Source of the DNA: Eledone cirrhosa
Taxonomy: Eukaryota
Length of the DNA stretch: 64,000 nt
Reading direction: 5' to 3'
Assembly: GCA_964016885.1 (NCBI GenBank)
Contig: OZ024743.1
Location: forward strand, 338,892,001 to 338,956,000
The translations under genes and the position numbers were made by a program. Below are positions 25,051 through 37,697 of this stretch, one piece after another (the stretch's first letter is position 1; every line of letters begins with the position of its first letter). The notes beneath the pieces are model-generated. The model ran no database searches, had not been told where the DNA came from, and worked only from the letters and a program-made list of their open reading frames with translations.

Positions 25051-25227
25051 GTAAGTATTCAATAATACCCCTTCCTCCTCTCTTTCTTATCAATACTACT
25101 GAGACCCTTGGAAATTCCATGTTTTATAAATCTTTTTCTATTTTGAAGAATAAATCTATAGATAGTCTGTTAAAGATTTTGATGATGATGATGATGATAT
25201 CTTCAATTTCATTCTGTAGTTGTTTAA

Positions 25228-25443
25228 CTCTTTAGCATTTACATTACTCTATATATACTATTGTATTTTCATGGTAAAGGCTTTACCACACAGAATTATC
25301 TTACTTAATATTAAATCTATGAGATTTTGATATTCATTTTGAGAACAATACCTTAATGTTAGTATGAGTGGTTGGTTACAGCCGGTTTGAACAGAAAAAG
25401 GAGAGAATTCTGGCCAGACATGGCAGGTTTAAATGCTAAAGGG
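25228..25443. mobile_element. piggyBac-type MITE
   Basis: TTAA flanks at 25224-25227 and 25444-25447. TIRs CTCTTTAGCATTTA / TAAATGCTAAAGGG. Confidence 0.8.
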
Positions 25444-25519
25444 TTAAAGCATAACACTCAAACCTGTTTCATTATGTCTTTGAAATTGTTCTATAGTTCA
25501 AGTTTTCTAAGACTGCATG

Positions 25520-26700
25520 AGGCAGATGTGGACTTTGTAAATTATAGTGAAGGCAACCTATCTAGGCAGATGTGTATTTTGTAAGCTGTGATGAAGGCAA
25601 CCTATCTAGGCAGATGTGGATTTTGTAAGCTGTAGGGAAGGCAACCTATCTAGGCAGATGTGGGCTTTGTAAGCTGTAGTGAAGGCAACCTATCTAGGCA
25701 GATGTAGATGTTTTAAGCTGTAGGGAAGGCAACCTATCTAGGCAGATGTGGGCTTTGTAAGCCGTAGTGAAGGCAACCTATTTAGGCAGATGTGGATTTT
25801 GTAAGCTGTGATGAAGGCAACCTATCTAGGCAGTTGTGAATTTTGTAAGCTGTAGGGAAGGCAACCTGTCTAGGCAGATGTGGGTTTTGTAAGCTGTAGG
25901 GAAGGCAACCTATCTAGGCAGATGTGGGCTTTGTAAGCTGTAGTGAAGGCAATCTATCTAGGCAGATGTGGATTTTGTAAGCTGTGATGAAGGCAACCTA
26001 TCTAGGCAGTTGTGGATTTTGTAAGTTGTAGGGAAGGCAACCTGTCTAGGCAGATGTGGGTTTTGTAAGTTGTAGGGAAGGCAACCTGTCTAGGCAGATG
26101 TGGATTTTGTAAGCTGTAGTGAAGGCAACCTATCTAGGCAGATGTGGATTTTGTAAGCTGTAGGGAAGGCAACCTATCTAGGCAGATGTGGGTTTTGTAA
26201 GCTGTAGGGAAGGCAACCTATCTAAGCAGATGTGGGCTTTGTAAGCTGTAGTGAAGGCAATCTATCTAGGCAGATGTGTATTTTGTAAGCTGTGATGAAG
26301 GCAACCTATCTAGGCAGATGTGGATTTTGTAAGCTGTAGGGAAGGCAACCTGTCTAGGCAGATGTGGGTTTTGTAAGCTGTAGTGAAGGCAACCTATCTA
26401 GGCAGATGTGGATTTTGTAAGCTGTAGGGAAAGCAACCTATCTAGGCAGATGTGGGCTTTGTAAGCTGTAGTGAAGGCAATCTATCTAGGCAGATGTGGA
26501 TTTTGTAAGCTGTGATGAAGGCAACCTATCTAGGCAGATGTGGATTTTGTAAGCTGTAGGGAAGGCAACCTATCTAGGCAGATGTAGGCGTTTTAAGCTG
26601 TAGTGAAAGCAACCTATCTAGGCAGATGTGGATTTTGTAAGCTGTAGTGAAGGCAACCTATCTAGGCAGGCGTGGACTTTGTACGCTGTGATGAAGGGAT
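25520..26700. repeat. 44-bp minisatellite, ~27 copies
   Basis: Unit GTGAAGGCAACCTATCTAGGCAGATGTGGATTTTGTAAGCTGTA. Period 44 (25551, 25595, ...). Confidence 0.97.
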
Positions 26701-27346
26701 CCCGTCTAAGAGAGCAGTCACTCTGAATAAATGCTGATACAGAGTTGAAAAGACCTTTAAATCCTGTCTGACAAGTTCTCTATTACTAGTGGCACAATAA
26801 AATGCTCCCATTCAATGCTGTAAAGTGGTTGGTGATAGGAAGTGCATTAAGACAAAAAAAATCACAACTAATCCAATAGTAGCACGGCAATGCAGAACAC
26901 TAAAGCTTATTTCATTATGTTAAATATTTTGATTATGTTTTGATTTCATTCTATATTTGTTTAAAGCATAACATTTAAAGGGTCAGGAGGACCCTCCAGT
27001 TGTGTCAAGGGCATGACAACCTCCAAAGTGTTAGTGATCTACATGATAAGCACACCCAGTGGTCATGTAGGTGTCAATAAAAAGCACCCAGTACGCATAG
27101 TAAATATAGTTGACATTAGGAATGTCATCGAGCTGTAGAAACCAAGCCCAAATCAGTTCTGTATGAGCAAGACACAGTCATCTGACCTGGCTTGTCTCAC
27201 AACGAGACAGCTCGTCTAATCCATGCTAGCGTGGAAAATAGATGTTAAACAGTGATGATGATGATTATATATATATATATATGTATGTATATACACACTG
27301 TATACATATAGATAATGTTATGTTATTTGTTTCTTCTGTTTTGTAG

Positions 27347-27416
27347 AAGCCATTGAAGATTCAGAAACTTCCATTTCATTAAACCCTAACTCAATAAAAG
27401 CATTTTTAAGAAAAGG
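27347..27416 (+). CDS. SUGT1: SGT1 exon 4 (KAIEDSETSISLNPNSIKAFLRKG)
   Basis: ttgtag / gtaaga splice sites, 70 nt. Resembles human SUGT1 AVADAKKSLELNPNNSTAMLRKG. Confidence 0.93.
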
Positions 27417-27885
27417 GTAAGACACTTTTTTTCATCTTTCTGAAACAGATGGTGTTGTTAGTGTTGTTTAGGTGTAGGCCATCCCTGATCAAATGGCTAA
27501 ACGTCAGTAGAGGGGCAACCAGGAGTCATGACCTCACTTGATGGGGGTTTCTTCTGTGAAGACCTTCTGCTGTCCAAGACTTTTTGTACCTCTGTTTTGT
27601 CATATCCTTGAACTATATATATATCAAAGGTATATATTGAGTTAGAAACTCAAAATAGTCTCTTACAATAAAATAGCTCAAGGAAAGAGATTTTTCCGAG
27701 CCGTATATTATAATTGAATATAAAAGAAAGATAAACACAGATATATACATATATGTGTTCAAATCATAAGGGACCATATTCGCTAAGGTGAAAAAAATAC
27801 TAACTATGGACAATAGGGTTTGCTAGACTCAATTTAAGAATAAATCAAGCAAATAAATACAAACCGGAATTGTGGTAACTACCAA

Positions 27886-27965
27886 TCACCCAGACAGCTT
27901 TTGGCTATGCTGTTTCGCAAATTAATTGTGAAGAGGAATACCGATTCTTGCTCGTCAGTGGGTGA
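27886..27965 (-). ncRNA. Type I hammerhead ribozyme, intact, in a (TA)n-flanked pLTR-like fragment (~27620-27995)
   Basis: Minus strand TCACCCA-CTGACGA-GCAA..TTGC-GAAA-CAGC..GCTG-TC-TGGGTGA. Stem I 7 bp, stems II and III 4 bp, GUC cleavage site. Confidence 0.88.
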
Positions 27966-28111
27966 AGAATTAGTATCCTCGTCACTTCTTTTATATTCAA
28001 TTATATATGTATATATATATATATATACACATATGTGGTTGACAACTGAGAGAAAAGAGTACTCAATAGCAAAGTAGAGTTTTAATATTCATTTTATTAA
28101 GGCTAAATAGT

Positions 28112-28166
28112 GAGTCTTGTTACTCTGGAGTTTCACCTGTTTATCATGGACATCAGATAAGAACTC
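28112..28166 (-). ncRNA. Degenerate type I hammerhead motif
   Basis: Minus strand tcttat-CTGATG(A9 missing)-tcc..ggt-GAAA-ctc ca gag-TA-acaaga. Confidence 0.55.
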
Positions 28167-28708
28167 TATATATATTGTCGTTGCTTTATAACACAACATC
28201 AGTTAATTTCGAAAAAACTATTATCTATATATCTATATCCCACACTGTAAAGTGGACGTGTAGGCGCCACGAAAAAGCACCCAGCACTCACTGTAAATGA
28301 GGTTGGTGTTAGGAAGGGCATCCAGCTGTAGAAATCAAGCCAGATCAGTTCCTGTATGAGCAAGGCATGGTCAGCCGACCAGACACTGCCCACAACAGGA
28401 CAACCCGTCTAACCCATGCTAGTGTGGAAGAACGGACGTAAAACGGTGATGATGATGATGATGATGATATACCATGCAAGCATGGAAGATGGACGTTAAA
28501 CGATGATGATGATGATGATGATGACACCTATTGTAGCTGTAAGCTCTGTTAATTTGTTGACCTTATCACAAAGTACTGATACTGGCAGATCTGTGTAGTG
28601 GCTACTATTACTATATAGTAACTATTGTAACTGTGACTGTCAGTGGGATACCTTTCACAGTCTGCTGTTCCATTCAGTACTTTGTAGTGCTACCATTACT
28701 ATATATAT

Positions 28709-31700
28709 ATATTTCGTTTCTGAATTTGTTTAGCAAGATTCTTTATCTGAAAACGTGTGTTGAAACCGATATTGTTATACTTTGGGAGGGTCATGTTGCC
28801 AATAAGAAACACACGCACCAGTTGCTTTCACTTCAATTTATTATAATAAATTTATAAATTTAGGAATTTATAAATTTCCGGTTGGTTGGTTGGTTCCACA
28901 ACCAGATGGTTGTTCATATATTGTCAAAGTTCTTTTGTCACACATTCTGTGACCTCTTCAGTGACTGGGGATTCTTTTCTTTGTTTTTGTGCCTCTCCTT
29001 TGTTCTGTCCTACGCCATCTTGTTTCTGTGTGTGTGTTGTGTGCTCAGTCTGCGCATGCGCCACATCCAGGTGTCTGTGTGTGTTTATATTCGTTTATTT
29101 ATTTGTTTATTTACATGTTACTGTTTGGTTGTTTGTTCTATGTGCGTGTGTGTTTTCACTTTGTCCTTAATTGTAAGTTGTGATGTTGCTGTTCCACTCA
29201 TATTTTCTATTTAATTTTGGTTGTAATTCTTTTATGTTTATTGCCTCTGTGATTTGTCTAAACATTGCGTCTTTTCTGTGTGTAGATTCTATTTTTATTT
29301 CTATGTTCTCTAATTTACCCTTATGTTCTATTTTAGCATGTTGGTAGAGTACAGATGATTCTTTACTATCTTGAAGGTCTCGCCAGTGTTCATTTATCCG
29401 TTCCCCTACACTACGAGCTGTCTCACCTATGTACACTATATTTTTGTCTCTACATTGTCCTTCAGTACATCTTATGCTATATACTACATTTCTAGTTTTA
29501 CAGTTAATATGGGGGCTTAATTTACAGGTTATACATTTCTTATCTATACAGGGGGGGTCTTTGAAAAGGGTATGTCTTGCTAATAAGTGTTTTTATGGAG
29601 GTACCTGGTCTTTCTACTATCTTAATATTGAGTTTATGTTTATCTAGGTCCCTTCTAAATTTGTAAGCTAATTCACCTCTAGGGGTTGTATCAATGAACA
29701 TTACACTCTGGTATTTATTGCTATCATACCATGAGTTTATTCTATTAGCCTTATTCCTAGTTCTTTCTATTCTATTCCAAAATTTGCTCCTATACAAGGG
29801 GCAGGTCCCATTTGTGTCATTATTTACCATTTTTTCCCATTTGGTTCTGGCTCCTCTATACACTCTGATTTTATCTCTCTGATTGTAACCAGAGAACTGC
29901 ATACAGTGGATGAAGTGTTGTATGTGTCTCTGTAGTTCTTCGGGGTTGCACATGCGGGACACGTTTCTCATCACCCGTACCAAATCCGCAATCAGTATAT
30001 TGATTTTGGTATGGTCCGAAACAGCTGAGTTTCGGTGGATCAGATATTTGGAAGTCATGGGTTTGGCATAATGGGAATGGAGGATTTGTTTTTTGTTATT
30101 AATGGTATCTAACCAGAGCTCTGTGTCTAGTACAGGTAATCGATGGTTGGGGTGTTTACTTGGGTAGTCTATAGTAACTCTAATACTCTGGTGGATGGAG
30201 TTAGCTATTTGCTGGATGCTTTCCATTGTGTTTTTCTCTAATTCCTGACTGTTCTCTAGTTGGGGTGTTTTAACTACGATGTTTATATCATCAACGTAGC
30301 GGGAGTACATTATCAGGGTTAAGGGGTCTTCTAATTGTTCTTTAAGTTTAAGTCTACTGTCCCACCATACCATGAATAAGTTAGCTATGTCGCCTGCAAT
30401 GCTAACACTAATGGCTGCTCCTTCCTCTTGGGCATATGTTTCTCCATTAAATTTGAACATATGTTCCTTAAGGGTTAATTTTATGCTGGCCTCCACTGCA
30501 TGTGCAATCATTTTCTTTAGTTCATCGTGGTTTTCGGGGGTCCGTATATGGCTCTGGTCCACCCGTTCCATCTATCTGTGTGGGTTTTCTTGGCCATTGA
30601 AGTAATGGTAGGTGGTCTGCCTCTTGCTGGTCTTGTAGGGCACAGGTTGCTAAGGTCATATGTGTCTAGGTAATTATTACTATAGGTAAGTTTAAGTAGG
30701 AGTCTCAACTCACTGGTATCAATCCCACGGAACTCAACATTGCTCTCACTGATCATTTCTACGCATTTCTCCACAGCAAAATCCACATCAATAGATGGAT
30801 ACAGGGACACAACATCCATACTACCTATTATGCAGTTTGTTAGGTCCCTAGATCGGTTACTCTCGCCGATTCTGCTGAGGAGGTCCTCCGTGTTGTCACA
30901 TACATCTGGGGACATTTCAATGATGGGGCGTATGATCAGGGAGAGGAAGTAGGAAAGTCTGTAGTTACTAGCAATGTTAGCTCCACAGACTGGCCGTGTT
31001 GGTGGTCCCGTGACAGGGTCACTGCCCGTTTTATGGTCTTTTCGAAGCCCATACAACGCTGGCACGTCATTGTTCCAGGCCTGGAAGTTGTTGGCAGTCC
31101 TTTTGTTGGGCTGCATTATATTTGTCCACATCACCATATGGGCATTGAGGGCTTTTTCTCTATCCTCATGCTCTTGTGGTGTTACTTCTCTTGTGTTAGT
31201 GATGTGGGGTTGCATTGCCTGGATGTAGTTTGGCAGACTGTCAACTGACATTCTGCCAGACTTGTCTGTTGGAAAGCATGCTATCTCTCCATTACGCGAG
31301 CGCTGCATGAGCTTACGCAAGCCATTTGCAGATTTTTCTCCCAGTTGCTGGGCCTCCATTCTATTATGCTTCTTCCTATACTGTTCTATAATATTTCTAA
31401 GTTTAGATCTAGCTATACCAAATTGTGCTTCTGTTTGTTCATTGACCTGCGACGGCAATTGCGTGCGTTTGTTAAAAGCTAAAGTCGTGGTGTGGACTCG
31501 TCGCAGGTCGAACGACTTATTGGAGGGATTATAAAAAGTAGAGTTCCAGGCTGCTGCTTTATGTGTACTAGTGCTATTGTTATTGTTAGTTGTGTTGTTT
31601 CTATTTCTATTTCCACCAACAGCCTCATGGTTGTTTCTATGTCTCTCATTATTACTCCTGTCTCTTTCCTCTGGCTCATTGTTATTATCTACTCTATTTT

Positions 31701-32854
31701 GTGTGTCTGTGTGTTCGTCTTGGTTATTTTCTCTGTCCATAGTCTCCCTTCTCCTTTTAATCCTATTACCTTCCCTTATTTCTGTGCTACTGCCATTACC
31801 TGTTTTCTGTGTCTGTGTGTTTAAGATTGTGGTGGTGGTGAGAGGCATTGAATGTGTGTGTGTTGTTGTTGTTGTTGTTGATGTGTGCTGTTGTTGATGT
31901 GTGTTGTTGTTGTTTCCATGTGTGTTATTGTTGTGTGTGTTGTTATTGTTGTTTGTGTCTGCGTGTCTGTTGTTGTTTCTGAGTATGTTATTGTTGATGT
32001 GTGTGTTGTTGTTATTGTTGTTTGTGTCTGTGTGTCTGTTGTTGTTGGGATGTGTGTTGTATATGTGTGTGCGTATGTTGTTACTTTTGTTTTGTCTTTG
32101 AGGCTCCAACGTAATTTTGTAAATGATTTTTCTATTTCTGACAAACATCTAATCATATTTACCTTATTAAATGTCGCATACTTAGGTGGTAGTTGTAATA
32201 CAGATAATTCATCAGAGTCGACCGTAGTGTTGCCATATATATTTGTGTTGTTGTTGTTGAACTCATCTGTTAATGAGATGTCGGCCATATTTATACCGTC
32301 AATTTTGTCGGGATAGCTATTGGTATTCTCTAAAGTATCTTGATTTAGTTTTATCTGTTTAAGCCACTTTAGTTTCTTGTTAAAGTGCTTATCACATTCT
32401 TGAACAATGTACTGTTCTTCAGGACGTATAAGGTTTATAAATATTAGTTTTTCTCTTGGTGTGGTGATTTTAGTTATTTCTTGTATTAGGTTACACTTAT
32501 GTTTTTCTTGACTTAATTCTCTATAGATCTTCTTTTTTATGTTTAGAATTAGTGTTCGTTTTAGCCTATCTGCTTGCTTTTTGGTGAGCTGTAATCTTCT
32601 TACATCGGTATTTGGTGTTGGTGTAAACTCGGGACGAGGCACATTGTTTTATGAAGTGTAGTTGTCGAGATGTTATTGTTTTTCTTAGACAACAGAACAT
32701 GGTGGTTTTCAGTATCTTGTTAGCCTGGCTAAGGCTTACGATATTTCGTTTCTGAATTTGTTTAGCAAGATTCTTTATCTGAAAACGTGTGTTGAAACCG
32801 ATATTGTTATACTTTGGGAGGGTCATGTTGCCAATAAGAAACACACGCACCAGT
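28709..32854 (-). mobile_element. Penelope-like element with terminal direct repeats (pLTR/tail), RT + C-terminal GIY-YIG, frameshifted
   Basis: ~113-bp direct repeats at 28711-28823 and 32742-32854. RT motifs TDKSGR, LYGLRKDHK, RPVCGA, SMDVVSLYPSI, RYVDD, LPVLD, HYAKPM. Endonuclease YIGETARSVGERINEH. Flanked by TA runs. Confidence 0.93.
28923..28965 (-). ncRNA. pLTR hammerhead motif with G12>A substitution
   Basis: Minus strand GTCA-CTGAAGAg-GTCAC agaatgt GTGAC-aAAA-GaaC-TT-TGAC. Confidence 0.65.
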
Positions 32855-33351
32855 TATATATATATATATATATATAATATGTAGAAAGGATAACACACTA
32901 GAGAGAGAGAGTGTGTGCTATTAATAAACGGAAAACCACCAGTGTATGGAATCTATAAACTATGAAAGGTGAGGTAGACACACAATAATTAAAAATATAA
33001 ATCAAAATGAATATACCCACCTCTATAACTATATATATATATCATTTAATGCATATAATTACTACTATATTTTAACTGTAAATTATTTTGTTCACAACTA
33101 AAATTCAAAATGAGATAAAGTGTTTGCATGAAAACAAATCTAGAATTTAGAAATTCAAAGTGAGATAGGGTGTTTGCATGAAGACTTCTAGAAGTGAGAT
33201 GGTCATTTCAGAAAGTCAGACATTTTGGTTTTAATAACTCAAAGTGAGATAAGGCATTTGCAAGAAGATATTTAATAACTCAATGTGAGATAAAACATCT
33301 AGAATTGAGTAATTTTATATTTGTATGGGGTTTTTTTTCTGTTCCTTTTAG

Positions 33352-33422
33352 GATTTGCCAGTTTGAGTTGAAGAAACATCAAGAAGCTTTAACTACGTTC
33401 CAGCAAGCACAAAAGTTAGATA
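33352..33422 (+). CDS. SUGT1: SGT1 exon 5 (ICQFELKKHQEALTTFQQAQKLD)
   Basis: ttttag / gtaagt splice sites, 71 nt. Resembles human [23 protein letters not shown]. Confidence 0.93.
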
Positions 33423-34087
33423 GTAAGTAGTTAAATTTAAAAACTTTCAATGGTATGGTTGTGGTTAATAGTTATGACACAGGATCCTGATAACTGTCTC
33501 TAGGCTGTGCTGATGAACTGGGATTGAACCCAGGACATAATGATTGCAAAGTGAACCTCTTACCCATTCAGCCATACTGTGTTCACACACATATATATAT
33601 ATATATATGTGTGTGTGTGTCTAAAAAGCATCCAGTCCACACTGTAAACTGGTTGTTTTAGTACCATGACAAAAAGCTCCCAGCCTACACTGTAAAGTGG
33701 TTGTTTTGGTGACACTATAAAAAGCACACAGTCCACACTGTAAAGTGGTCATGTTGGTGTTACAACAAAAAGCACCCAATCCATACTGTAGATGTGGTTG
33801 GCATCTAGCCATAGAAACCTAGCCAAAATACAAATCCATATGAGCAAGTCATGGTTATCTGAATTGTCTCTTAATGTAACAACCCATCTAACTCATACAA
33901 GCATGGAAGATTAAAACCCATACAAGCATGGAAGATTAAATGTTAAACGGTGATGATGATGATCATCATCATTGTTTAACGTCCATTTACCATGCAATCA
34001 TGGGTTAGAGGGGTTATCCTATTTGAGGCAAGTTGGGTCAGGTGACCATGTTTTACTCATATAGAACTGATGATATATATATTATAT

Positions 34088-34308
34088 ATGTGCCTGGGAA
34101 GAGTACAACAGATGCCCTCTTCTTGGTGAGACAAATGCAAGAGAGGTTCTTAGAGAAGAATAAGCCACTATACTTAGCCTTTGTTGACCTAGAGAAGGCC
34201 TTTGATAGGGTACCCCGATCTGTCATCTGGTGGTCCCTAAGGAAGCTAGGTGTTGAGGAATGGCTTGTGAGGACAGTGCAAACTTTGTACAGAGGTACTC
34301 TCAGAGGT
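34088..34308 (+). mobile_element. RTE LINE internal RT fragment
   Basis: [44 protein letters not shown]. Confidence 0.85.
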
Positions 34309-35145
34309 ACGTCCGCTTTTCCCTGCTTGCAAGGGTGGGACGGGCCTTATTCAGCACAGCATCTCTCCACTTGTCACGGTCCTTCGTCATCTCCACCGTG
34401 AGCTTCAATGATCTGAGGTCTGTTCTCACCACCTCTGCCCATGTTTTTCGTGGTCTACCTCTACCACGTCTTCCTTCAACTGGCATTTCCTGGCACTTCT
34501 TCACCCATTGGTCATCCTCCATGCGCATCACATGTCCATACCACCTCAGTCTCCTCTCCTGTACACTACATTCTATCCCTCTCAGACACAGTTTCTCTCT
34601 CAACACATTTATGCTGGGTCGTTCACGCACATTTACACTGCACATCCAACGGAGCATGCTTGCCTCATTTCTCTCCAGCCGTCGCATATCCTCTGCAGTT
34701 GCTGCCCATGTCTCACTACCATGCAGCATCGCGCTCCTCACACAGGCATCATACAACTGGCCTTTCGTACGCAGGGAGAAACCCTTCTTCGTCAACAGAG
34801 GAAGCAGCTCCCTAAACTTCTTCCAACCCATCCTTATTCTAGATACTATGGCCTCGGAACACCCTCCTCCCATGCTAATCTGATCTCCTAGGTACCGGAA
34901 GCTATCCACCACTTCTATAGCGCCCTCCTGCATTTGAAAAATGTGTCTATCAATGCGACTTCTACTGTCTAATTTCCCTGTACATCTGCTGCATACATAT
35001 TTCTCCCTACCTGTTAGTTTGCCTGCTATCCCACTACATCTCTTGTGTACCCAGGATCTGCATTGTGTGCATTTTATAGAATTTATGCCAGTTCCTTTTC
35101 TGCATATCGAACATGGCCATTTCCCTGACGGAATCAGAGTTTGTG
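34307..35145 (-). mobile_element. RTE LINE 3' fragment
   Basis: [53 protein letters not shown]. Confidence 0.92.
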
Positions 35146-35306
35146 TGTACATATACATATATAAATATATATACTCTCTATATATTTATATATATATGTA
35201 TGTACACAGACACACACATATATTTAGTATATTCTCTACTTAATAGCTTACAGTATGATTGTTGTAGGTTGTTGTTACATTATTAACCTGTTTCTACTTG
35301 TTCTAG

Positions 35307-35360
35307 GTAACAACAAGACCGTGGAACTGTGGCTAGATTGTTGCAGAGAAAAACTTGGTT
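35307..35360 (+). CDS. SUGT1: SGT1 exon 6 (SNNKTVELWLDCCREKLG)
   Basis: ttctag / gtaagt splice sites, 54 nt. TPR capping helix W...C. Confidence 0.88.
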
Positions 35361-35449
35361 GTAAGTCTTTTCTGTTGTATTCTATGAATTTAACTAACAA
35401 TTGTGGTGTGGTATTGCTTCTGCTATATATACATGTACATATTGATACA

Positions 35450-36355
35450 TAGAGATACCTGTGCATATTGGTACATAGATATATATAGTTGTATATATTG
35501 GTACTTAGACATAAAAGTATATAGTGTTACATAAAGATAAATAGCGCTAAATATTGGTACATGGATATAAATATTGGTACATAGAGATATATAGCTGAAT
35601 ATACTGGTATATAGAGATATATAGCTGTATATACTGGTATCATCATCATCATTTTATGTCCGCTTTTCTCTGCTTGCAAGGGTGAGATGGGAACTGATTC
35701 TGGCTTGATTTCTACAGCTGGATGCCCTTCCTAACACCAACCTCATTTACAGTGAGTGCTGGATGCCTTTTTGCCGTGGCACCTCCACGACCACTTTGCA
35801 GTGGAATGATAGGGAACCCAGTCCTTATCATCTCATTTCTACAGCTGAGTAAACTGGATATACTGTATATACTCTATATACTGGTATATAGAGATATATA
35901 GCTGTATATACTGGTATATAGATATATATAGCTGTATATACTGGTATATAGAGATATATAGCTGTATATACTGGTATATACAGATATATAGCTGTATATA
36001 CTGGTATATAGAGATATATAGCTGTATATACTGGTATATAGAGATATATAGCTGTATATACTGGTATATAGAGATATATAGCTGTATATACTGGTATATA
36101 GAGATATATAGCTGTATATACTGGTATATAGAGATATATAGCTGTATATACTGGTATATAGAGATATATAGCTGTATATACTGGTATATAGCGATATAGA
36201 GCTGTATATATTGGTACATAGACAGATAGCTGTATATATTGGTACATAGAGATATATAACTGTATATATTGGTTCCTAGAGATACATAGCTCTATCTATA
36301 TTGGTTCCTAGAGATACATAGCTCTATATATATTGGTATATAGAAATATGTTGGT
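35450..36355. repeat. 30-bp minisatellite interrupted by a SINE 3' fragment (35638-35860)
   Basis: Unit CTGGTATATAGAGATATATAGCTGTATATA, nearly perfect over 35881-36200 and degenerate at both edges. Confidence 0.93.
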
Positions 36356-37202
36356 ACCACAACAAGCAGTCCTAAATAAATGAGGTTGTGTAGGTGTCAC
36401 AACAAAAAAACACACAGTCCACGCTGTAATGTGGCTGTATAGGTAACATGATAAAAACCTCCCAGTATTTACAACACGTAGAAAATCCGCCAGACAGTCC
36501 TATACGAGCAAGACAACCAATCTTGCCTCAAGTGGGAAAATTCTCGTCCAAACCCATGCTAGCGTGGAAGATGGACGTTAAACAATGATGATGATGATTA
36601 CATACATTCCTACGCTCTACCAAATGTTTTATCATGGCATCTGCACTAGGGATGTTATCATTTTTTTCATACAGCAGCTAAGGACTCTTCAGTTAGGACT
36701 ATGACCAACAACCTCTCTAGTGATGGTGACATGAAAATGCATCTGGTACACCTCGTAAGGTGATTGGTGACAGGAAGGACACACCATTATAGAAACCATG
36801 CCTAAATGGGTTGTCAAGGACATGACAACCTCTCTAGTTTTGGTGATCTACATGATAAAAGCACCCAGTACAATCTGTAAAATGGTTGGTGTTAGGAAGG
36901 GCATCCAGCCATAGAAAGCTTGTCAAACCAAAGGTTGGGGGAACCCTCCAGTTGTGTCAAAGACATAACAGCCTCTCTAGTGCTGGTATCATGATAAAAT
37001 GGATTTGTTAAAATTCAGAACTGTCTGGGAGGTCAGTGGCTCTCACTTCAGAACCGACATGGTCAGTGAAGACCTGCCCCACCCTAGCTAGCAGGGAGAG
37101 TATTTGATAAATGATGACGATGATATGCACAAACACACATACACACACACACATATATATAACAAATAATTTTTTATTTCTCTTTCACCTGATATTTTTC
37201 AG

Positions 37203-37228
37203 TGCCTAAAGAACAACACCAGAATCCA
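37203..37228 (+). CDS. SUGT1: SGT1 micro-exon 7, 26 nt (LPKEQHQNP)
   Basis: tttttcag / gtgagt splice sites. Converts phase 1 (exon 6) to phase 0 (exon 8). Confidence 0.72.
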
Positions 37229-37306
37229 GTGAGTTATGTTTATATATTTTAAATTCTTGTATTAGCTTTCTACAGCTATATATTTTAAAACCATTTTTCA
37301 AGATCC

Positions 37307-37518
37307 AGTAACCTCTTGGTCACTGTAAACCATTTGGTCACTGTAACCACTCGGTCACTGTAACCGCTCGGTCACTGTACCGCTCGGTCACCTGTAACCT
37401 CTCAGTCACTGTAAACCACTTGGTTACCTGTAAGGTTTCGGTCACCTGTAACCTCTCAGTCACTATAAACCACTTGGTTACCTGTAACTTCTCGGTCACT
37501 GTAAACTACTTGGTCACT
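37307..37518. repeat. ~17-21-bp degenerate minisatellite
   Basis: Repeats of ggtca(c)ctgtaa(a)ccac/tc. Confidence 0.88.
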
Positions 37519-37605
37519 TCTTAAGATGTGAGAAATGTGATAGACTTCTTACACCCTATGATTTTTTACAAAACATCTTAAATCCATTAATGACTTTTGT
37601 TTCAG

Positions 37606-37697
37606 GTTCCAAGCAGCACCTCTCAGGATGTGGACTCAAAGTCAAGTGTTCAGTCAGCTGTTGATGCCACGCCTACCCCAGCTCCTCATAGGACAAA
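37606..37697 (+). CDS. SUGT1: SGT1 exon 8, S/P/T-rich linker (VPSSTSQD...PAPHRTK)
   Basis: tttcag / gtaaga splice sites. Ends in phase 2 (AA), completing K before YDWYQT. Confidence 0.82.

Noticed and set aside
25520-26700. Regular repeat array resembling CRISPR
   Set aside because: Units are contiguous with no unique spacers, there are no cas genes, and the context is a eukaryotic intron.
35828-36247. Repetitive ORFs (IPVYTAIYLY)n
   Set aside because: Translation of the 30-bp minisatellite.
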